Assembly (NCBI GenBank): GCA_030141605.1
Contig: JAQGDQ010000226.1
Coordinates: forward strand, 186,001 to 250,000
DNA from: Tubiluchus corallicola
Lineage: Eukaryota; Animalia; Priapulida
DNA length: 64,000 nucleotides
Direction: 5' to 3'
Shown: piece by piece, positions 1 to 13,055 of the stretch
How positions within the stretch are numbered: the first letter of the stretch is position 1
Layout of the letters: every line of letters starts with the position of its first letter
Program-made: the position numbers and the translations under genes
The notes under the pieces: generated by a model
Database searches by the model: none
What the model was told of the DNA's origin: nothing
What the model saw: only the letters and a program-made list of their open reading frames with translations

Positions 1-4445
<4,445 letters not shown>

Positions 4446-4534
4446 GCAAGGATAGGAAACTGTACGGGGCATTCACAGTTTGACGTACCCGAATCGACTT
4501 GTGTTGTTAACTTGATAGTTAGGTTTACAAAAAT

Positions 4535-5590
4535 TTGGATTTATTTGATTAGATTTAATATTTTATTTCAAACTTTACAAAGATCATATACACGTCGCAA
4601 ATTAATACAAATAATACAGTAAATCATGACAAGCAACAATAACACAAATAACAATTAACGATATAACAGACTACGCCAATGATGTCTAATTACAGAAGAA
4701 AAGTTTACATCACTGTTTAAAATGTTGTTGCACATACAATTTTCACTCTTGTTCAGCCTGACGTGTAAACTGTATGCACATTTTCTGTGAATCACATCAA
4801 AATAAGTAATATTATGTCTAGTAGAAATATATCTGGCGCTCGTGTCATATAAAAAGTTAAACAGCTTCCGTGTGCAACCTTGACTTTGCTAAGATTGTAA
4901 GAATAAAAATGTCACCTAGTGGACATACAATAAAAAGTAGTGCAGTGAGCATTAAGCAATTGTCTCTTCACGTTAACTGAACAGTGAGTAAATTTCATGA
5001 GTAATTTTTTTGCTCTACCATAGTAAATTGAACATTGTCGTAATATATCTAAATCATCTCTATTGTCTTCTGATAAAATATGACCCAGATATTTTTCCTT
5101 TTTACTAGGTACAAAACTTTTACACTGCAAAACAACAGACCCAAAAGTAAACTGCTGCATGTGGGCAGAGCGAAACGTGACAAGTTTAGTCTTATTCACA
5201 TTTACAAGGATATCATATTCTTTAACAATTTCATTAAAAATATCTAGCAGTCTCTGCAAAGCCGTCGAGGTTGTTGCTAAAAGACATATGTCATCAGCGC
5301 ACATCAAGTGATTATTGCAGGCTTCAGCTATATGACAACCCACACCAGAGTTAGTAAGTGTAGCACTGAGATTTTTACAAAGTCTAATTACTACATTTCA
5401 TAGGATAGTATTGATAAGGTTTAGGAACAGTTTGAGACAGTTTATCTATCGAAAGCGTTTGATGCATCAATAAACAGAATATGTACAGTGGTTTGTCGAC
5501 TAATGTAATAGTCAAGCACTTCTTTTAAAGTATGGATGCACAACTCTGTGCCTAAGTTTTCAACAAAACCAAACTGGCTTATGAACACGG
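4535..5590 (-). mobile_element. Decayed non-LTR retrotransposon (LINE): RT/C-terminal fragment with 3' tail
   Basis: Minus-strand translation gives QFGFVENLGTELCIHTLKEVLDYY...LFIDASNAFDR* (about 5445-5580), then SGVGCHI..NHLMCADDICLLA...KYLGHILSED..DDLDILRQ (ORF 4912-5343). Stops, an internal deletion and an AATAAA-rich tail near 4540-4570. Confidence 0.85.
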
Positions 5591-5861
5591 AGTGCCTGTA
5601 GTCTCACTCTCAGATTAGCAGCACGAGTCTATTAAGATGTATCAGTCAAGTTAAAGGATTCTTTTTACTTTCTTTAGATAAGCTATTATTCTGGTAAGAT
5701 CACTCGAACTGTGTCGGATTTTTTTCTTTCCGTGCAGTTGTTTTTACTCTTTGTCCAATTTATCACTTTTAAATAAACAGCGATGAGCTACTGTATTTCT
5801 ATTTTTATCTTTACTTGCACGCTTGTTTTAACCAGTACTGTTTAACATTTTATCTGTAATA

Positions 5862-5899
5862 TTCAGCTGATGAGACTTATTACGACGAAAGCTCCTGAA
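5862..5899 (+). ncRNA. Minimal type I hammerhead ribozyme motif (Penelope-like)
   Basis: TTCAG-CTGATGA-GACttattacGAC-GAAA-GCTC-CTGAA: stem I TTCAG/CTGAA, CUGAUGA and GAAA cores, imperfect stem II, palindromic AGCT at a minimal stem III. Confidence 0.6.
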
Positions 5900-6036
5900 A
5901 TAAGGTCATCCTTGAGACAATGAGAGCATTCAACGTTTTATGTTCTCCAAGTTTCTTTTCGCCCTGGACTGCAAAATTTCTCTCTGGTGGCATTGTTCAT
6001 AGTATTATTTCTGTTAACTATTATTGTTGATTGCGG

Positions 6037-6120
6037 TAAGACAATTAAAGAATAATGCCCAGAGTAAGACAATTAAAGAATAATGCACAGAGTAAGACAA
6101 TTAAAGAATAATGCACAGAG
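6037..6120. repeat. 28-bp tandem repeat x3
   Basis: GTAAGACAATTAAAGAATAATGC(C/A)CAGA repeated three times. Confidence 0.9.
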
Positions 6121-6141
6121 AGATTAGCATATGCTTTACAA

Positions 6142-6897
6142 ATTTATTGGAGAAATTGCTTAGTTATGTAGTTAAGTAATCAATCTTAGTTATGAAGTTA
6201 ATTTATTGGAAAAATTGCTTAGTTATGCAGTTAAGTAATCAATCTTAGTTATGAAGTTAATTTATTGGAGAAATTGCTTAGTTATGCAGTTAAGTAATCA
6301 ATCTTAGTTATGAAGTTAATTTATTGGAGAAATTGCTTAGTTATGCAGTTAAGTAATCAATCTTAGTTATGAAGTTAATTTATTGGAGAAATTGCTTAGT
6401 TATGTAGTTAAGTAATTAATCTTAGTTATGAAGTTAATTTATTGGAGAAATTGCTTAGTTATGCAGTTAAGTAATCAATCTTAGTTATGAAGTTAATTTA
6501 TTGGACAGTTAAGTAATCAATCTTAGTTATGAAGTTAATTTATTGGAGAAATTGCTTAGTTATGTAGTTAAGTAATTAATCTTAGTTATGAAGTTAATTT
6601 ATTGGAGAAATTGCTTAGTTATGTAGTTAAGTAATTAATCTTAGTTATGAAGTTAATTTATTGGAGAAATTGCTTAGTTATGCAGTTAAGTAATCAATCT
6701 TAGTTATGAAGTTAATTTATTGGAGAAATTGCTTAGTTATGTAGTTAAGTAATTAATCTTAGTTATGAAGTTAATTTATTGGAGAAATTGCTTAGTTATG
6801 TAGTTAAGTAATTAATCTTAGTTATGAAGTTAATTTATTGGAGAAATTGCTTAGCTATGTAGTTAAGTAATCAATCTTAGTTATGTAGTTAATTTGT
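6142..6897. repeat. 59-bp tandem satellite, about 12-13 copies
   Basis: Unit AATTTATTGGAGAAATTGCTTAGTTATG(C/T)AGTTAAGTAAT(C/T)AATCTTAGTTATGAAGTT, with two internal TTAGTTATG.AGTTAA sub-repeats; one unit has a deletion near 6505. Confidence 0.95.
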
Positions 6898-8496
6898 TGG
6901 TCAAAGGGTTTTCTTTTAAATTGGCATCTCTTTGCCTTGCAGTTAATTAATAAAATTGATGATTTGATGAATTGTTACCCTTCATTGTAAGCTTTGATCT
7001 GCTGTTCTGCACTGGGATGCTAAATAAAGTTCAACTACTGAAAAATCGTTACAATTCAAGTTTGTTTATTCAACATAAAATGTAAAAAACAACAGATAAA
7101 TTAGATATGGAAAAAGAAACCTCACACAAAATTTTTATACACATGTAAAACGATTTATAAAAAACTAAAGTCTTTGGTACTGAAAATAACGTGGCTGTGA
7201 AATGACAAGTAAAAGTAAAAGTAAAAAAACTGCGTATTTAGAAATACAATATGTATTTAGAAATTGAAATAACGTAAAAATTTTCATCAGTGTAAAATTT
7301 CAAAGTTCGTATCGCAAAAGTAAAAAACACTCAAAAAACGATTAACGAAACTTCTAATATGACATTTTGAAATCGTAATAAATTAAGAAATAAAATGACT
7401 TTACAGTTTAGCTTACTTGTGCAAGCACATCACGTACAAAATGCAAAATTAAACAAAAATATTAACTAAAAAAAACGTTGAATGTTTAATGGTGAAGTAG
7501 GAAGACGAACTGATTTTCGTCTGGCCAACCTGATGTGTCCAGAGACTACCAAGTTCCATATTTGATGCTGCGACGCTGATAATCAGCTTATAAGAGAAAT
7601 CTTCTGGCATAAAACGCTCACCTGATATTTTTAATGAGCAAGTAAAGATTATGACGTCAGGGAAGTTCCTTGTAACAAAACGTTTCAGTAAAAAATTTCC
7701 CTCATAGATAAACATTGTAATGATTATTCGTAATGGCCATTTTTTGTGACTTTGCAACCCATTTGCAGTAGAATGGGACCTTATGTTCTTTGAAGGTAGA
7801 ATTACTTGATAAACATTCACTGGCTAAAACTGGTTGATTTTCTGTGTCAAAGTAGTTTAAAGATGATCTATGACAGATGGGCTTGGTATGTTTTCTGCCC
7901 TTCTGACCATGACTGCAGTGTTAGCTTCTGACGTCATATGACATAGAGCCCATTTTTGTGACATCACTCGTTTAAGCAGTAACATTTACACAAACGTGCT
8001 TGACGCGCAAGGGAAGATGCTTGCCATTGTACAAACTGTGGTTAGTTTCTGACGTAAGCAATAGCTGTGTTCGGTTGCCGTTAATTAACTTTCTAAGCTA
8101 ATTATTCAAATATAAGAAAGAATTGCTAAATTTATAGGCAAGAAAATGTATATTTAGGACTATAAATTAAAATGAGATTGAGTCTAAACAATCATTCGGT
8201 TCTCCTTTAATGGAGTTTGGCATTATAACGAGGTGCATTAATGGATTAAGGTATTTTGTTTTGCCAAACATTTGTGCGTTAAGTGAGGTCGGTATTATAA
8301 AGGGGGGGTTTAAAATAAAGTTTGACTGTGCTTAGTTTAAGCATAAGTTTATTGAAGGTGTAATCTGACAACTTAGCTTTAAAACTGATGGTTTGACAAC
8401 TGGTGTTCAGTATGTTTTCCCTAGTGGGAGCGAAATTTTAGACAAATGCAGAACAATGGCGATGAAGGTATTCAGTAAAATGGCAAAACATCTACT

Positions 8497-9085
8497 ATAG
8501 ACTGGCTAGATCACTCAGTTCACATAGACTGGCTAGATCACTCAGTTCATATAGACTGGCTTGATCACTCAGTTCATATAGACTGGCTAGATCACTCAGT
8601 TCACATAGACTGACTAGATCACTCAGTTCACATAGACTGGCTAGATCACTCAGTTCACATAGACTGGCTAGATCACTCAGTTCATATAGACTGGCTTGAT
8701 CACTCAGTTCATATAGACTGGCTAGATCACTCAGTTCATATAGACTGTGGCTTGATCACTCAGTTCATATAGACTGGCTAGATCACTCAGTTCATATAGA
8801 CTGACTAGATCACTCAGTTCACATAGACTGGCTAGATCACTCAGTTCATATAGACTGGCTTGATCACTCAGTTCATATAGACTGACTAGATCACTCAGTT
8901 CATATAGACTGGCTTGATCACTCAGTTCATATAGACTGACTAGATCACTCAGTTCATATAGACTGACTAGATCACTCAGTTCATATAGACTGGCTAGATC
9001 ACTCAGTTCACATAGACTGGCTAGATCACTCAGTTCACATAGACTGACTAGATCACTCAGTTCACATAGACTGGCTTGATAACTC
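8497..9085. repeat. 27-bp tandem minisatellite, about 22 copies, downstream of the stop of the minus-strand gene
   Basis: Unit ATAGACTG(G/A)CT(A/T)GATCACTCAGTTCA(T/C); resembles the coding 27-bp unit at 9140-9780. Confidence 0.95.
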
Positions 9086-9121
9086 TTCAATTGCAGATTG
9101 TTTGAAATTTTTCGTGACAGA

Positions 9122-11253
9122 CTACCTTGGGGGCTGTTTAATGGTAGGCTGGCTTGGTAACTCTTTAGTAGTAGGCTGGCTTGGTAACTCTTTAGTGGTA
9201 GGCTGGCTTGGTAACTCTTTAGTAGCAGGCTGGCTTGGTAACTCTTTAGTAGCAGGCTGGCTTGGTAACTCTTTAGTAGCAGGCTGGCTTGGTAACTCTT
9301 TAGTGGTAGGCTGGCTTGGTAACTCTTTAGTAGTAGGCTGGCTTGGTAACTCTTTAGTGGTAGGCTGGCTTGGTAACTCTTTAGTAGCAGGCTGGCTTGG
9401 TAACTCTTTAGTGGCAGGCTGGCTTGGTAACTCTTTAGTGGTAGGCTGGCTTGGTAACTCTTTAGTGGTAGGCTGGCTTGGTAACTCTTTAGTGGCAGGC
9501 TGGCTTGGTAACTCTTTAGTGGTAGGCTGGCTTGGTAACTCTTTAGTGGTAGGGTGGCTTGGTAACTCTTTAGTGGCAGGCTGGCTTGGTAACTCTTTAG
9601 TGGTAGGCTGGCTTGGTAACTCTTTAGTGGCAGGCTGGCTTGGTAACTCTTTAGTGGTAGGGTGGCTTGGTAACTCTTTAGTAGCAGGCTGGTTTGGTAA
9701 CTCTTTACTGGTAGGCTGGTTTGGTAACTCTTTAGTGGTAGGGTGGCTTGGTAACTCTTTACTGGCAGGTTGGTTTGGTATGTCTGCCATAACAGAACTG
9801 CTAGGCAAGTCTTTTGCAGCAGAATTGCTTGGGAAGTCTTTTGTGACAGGACGACTTTGTGATGCTTCAGTGGTAGACTGGCCTGGCAGTACTTCAGTTG
9901 CAGAGTGGCTTGGTAAGTCTTCTGTGGCAGTATTTGCTATAAGGTCTTTTGAGGCCAGGTAGCTTTGCAAATCTTCAATGGTAGACTGGCTTGGCAAGTC
10001 TTGTGCCGCAGTATAATTTGGTAAACTGCTTGGGCCGACATCTCTTGGCAAAGCTTCTTCTTTGTGGCCTTGTGTATCTTTCTGTCCTTCTGGCGCTGGT
10101 ACCTCTTTTGACCCAGAACTCTTTGGCAAAGTCCTTGCAACAGGATGGTCTCGGATGTTCTTCGGTCGATGTGGCTTTTTTGGGGCAGGAAGACAGCGGG
10201 ATTCCGTTGGAACATCTTTTGCCGGAGGATGACTTGGTGGAGCTTTTGGGAGCGAATGGCGTGACATATCCTTTTCAGCTGAAGGCTTTTTAAATTCTCT
10301 GGAAAGAGAGTGGGTTGTTAAGTCAGCAGAGTGTTTTCTTGCATCTTTTGAAGAAAGATACTCCCCAGTAACGGCACTTTTAGACGTTGGGACAAATGAC
10401 TCATCGAATTCTTCAGTTATAGAGGAGATAGCAAAGGGATGTGTGACCTCAAGTTTGAGAGGGGATCGTGGACTTGAAAGTCGTCTTGCACCAAGGTCAC
10501 GTGTCGAGACGTACATTACTGATGGAATCTGACTAAACTGCGACATCGTTTCTGACTGATACGTGGATAAATCAAGAGACGACTCGCTGCCGTGGACGGT
10601 CAACAGGCGGCGCTTGAAGCGCCAGAAATATGCAGCACAAGCAGCAGTCAGTGAAGAAACCATAGTTATCACATAACAAGCTATCAGATAGATATGAGAT
10701 AGTCTGGTGAAGCCATCGTCTGTACCTGTAATGATAAGTTTTTAAACTAAACAGAGTAGATATACAGTCTTGTGAAGCCATCGTCTGTACCTGTAATGAT
10801 AAGTTTTTAAACTAAACAGAGTAGATATACAGTCTGGTGAAGCCATCGTCTGTACCTGGAATGATAAGTTTTTAAACTAAACAGAGTAGATATACAGTCT
10901 GGTGAAGCCATCGTCTGTACCTGGAATGATAAGTTTTTAAACTAAACAGAGTAGATTTATAGTCTGGTGAAGCCATCGTCTGTAGCAACAAGTCAGTTAG
11001 AAAAACAATCGACTATTAGACGAAGAATAGACACATATATGTTGTACATACTCGGCTTTTTCTTTGGAATACATTTGGCAAGCTTGGGACATTTGCATGC
11101 TCCACAGTCGACGCTTATTAACACACAATATTCCAACTCTGGACACTCAATGCCCTGTAAGACGTTTAAAACATTAATTACAGTGATAGATAGAGAGATA
11201 GAGAGGTAGACAGACAGGCAGATAGAACAGATAGGCTGATAGATAGAGATAGC

Positions 11254-11345
<92 letters not shown>

Positions 11346-12992
11346 CAGAAGGAGGAGGAGGCATGTCTGATATTCTTATTTGTTCTAAAGCATTAATTTT
11401 ACACGATGGACTGACAGCAAACAAATTTGGCTTTGCATTACACTATCTGTAAGCCTACAATTTACTTTGTAATTTTTCTTCTTGCTTCTCACAATGTTGT
11501 AAATTTTTGTTTAAGTGGATTGTTACGTGAACATGACCATAACTGGACGAAACGTTGCAGACGTTTGTGTCTGAATAAAAGTCATGTCTTTCCTTAAGCG
11601 GGTACTGGGTGTTATTTCATTTTAAGAACGTCTAATTATATGCAAAGTTTTTAAAAGAGATCTAATCATCTGTTTATCTGTTTTAGTGCCATTGACTATT
11701 TGCTTCATTAAGGTGTTTACATAGTTTCTGTTGTAAGAATATAACTTACGTCACACGGTGAACCCTCACAAACACAAGTCGGACAGAGGTCATTGTAATC
11801 GACTATATGACCAAAGAAGCACTTCTCCTGACAATACGATTCGTCTGCCACCTGGCAGCTCACATTCACTATAAAACAGAATTTCACTTTAAAATAAAGG
11901 AAAGGTAGTCTGTGTAGTTAAGCTTATTTTAATGTTTGTGAAAAATGCTAGAAGATTTTAGTAATAAAAGTGTGATAAGTGCTTCGTATAGTTAGTAAAA
12001 TCACTTTATAGTTGTGATCGTTTCACGCTTGACTGCTCCCATTTTCAACACCCATTCTTCCACCAATGACGTCATTCATTGACAGACGTTTTCTGCTGTT
12101 TTGATATCGAACTTTTATTACTAAATGCTTCAAACATTGAAATAAGCCTAATTTTGCAGAAGGCTTGATCTTTCCTTTAATAGCAATATTGCCCACATCT
12201 AGAAAAAAAGAATACAACCATACCAAATGTTGCCTAGCAACCAACCTCTGGCGCAGTCTCCTTGGCTGTACATGTCTGTAGGTCTACTTTCTGCCGACTG
12301 CCTCGTCCCGTACACCGGTTGTCCATTTCCACGAACACACCACGTGTGACCTGTCCAGTAATCAATCTGCAATGGCCTGTACTCGCCAGTACTCAAACAC
12401 TGGACATCACGCATGCGCAGTAGTCTGCGGTCAGTGCCAGAATGACGCAGTGTCACCATGTTGATGTGGTCAATCTCACAAGCTTTCAAAGTGAAGATGG
12501 CTTCAGTAAGTATAATCAATTTTCTTAAGTATAATCAATTTTCTTAATCAAGAAAACGTCAATTAACAATAAACAATAAAAAAGGAAGGAATAATCAAAT
12601 CCTTGAATGATAGAGTGGATAATGCAAAGAACGGACAAGTAAACGAGCAAGAAAAGAAGTAAATAAGCAAACAAAAATGTAAGCAAACTAGCCAAACTGT
12701 AGAAAGAGAAAGAAAAAAAAGAGAAAAGAAAGAAACTAATTGATCAAACACACAATGACCATCCAATTTCACCAAAACCGGTCAGTTACCTAATAAAGAA
12801 AGATAAGAAATCAAGAAGCAGAAAAGGAAAAAAGAAGAAATGAATGAATTATATATATATTATAATATAAATTATATATAATATAATAATATATATTATG
12901 TATATTAATACATTTGCATATCTGTTAATATATATTAATATATATGCAAATGTATTAATATATATAATATATTATACATTAATACACATAAT

Positions 12993-13055
<63 letters not shown>

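Noticed and set aside
8731-9090. 119-aa ORF (SLYELSDLA)n as a separate gene
   Set aside because: Open only because the 27-bp unit lacks stops in that frame; TTG start, broken by a 2-nt insertion near 8748, and not the frame homologous to the coding repeat.
9102-9962. 286-aa plus-strand ORF (VVGWLGNSL)n
   Set aside because: Antisense shadow of the coding 27-bp repeat; the minus frame is the one continuous with the TM exon.
10993-11424. 143-aa ORF with poly-(SL)
   Set aside because: Mostly the (AG)n microsatellite; only 11052-11154 is a credible exon.
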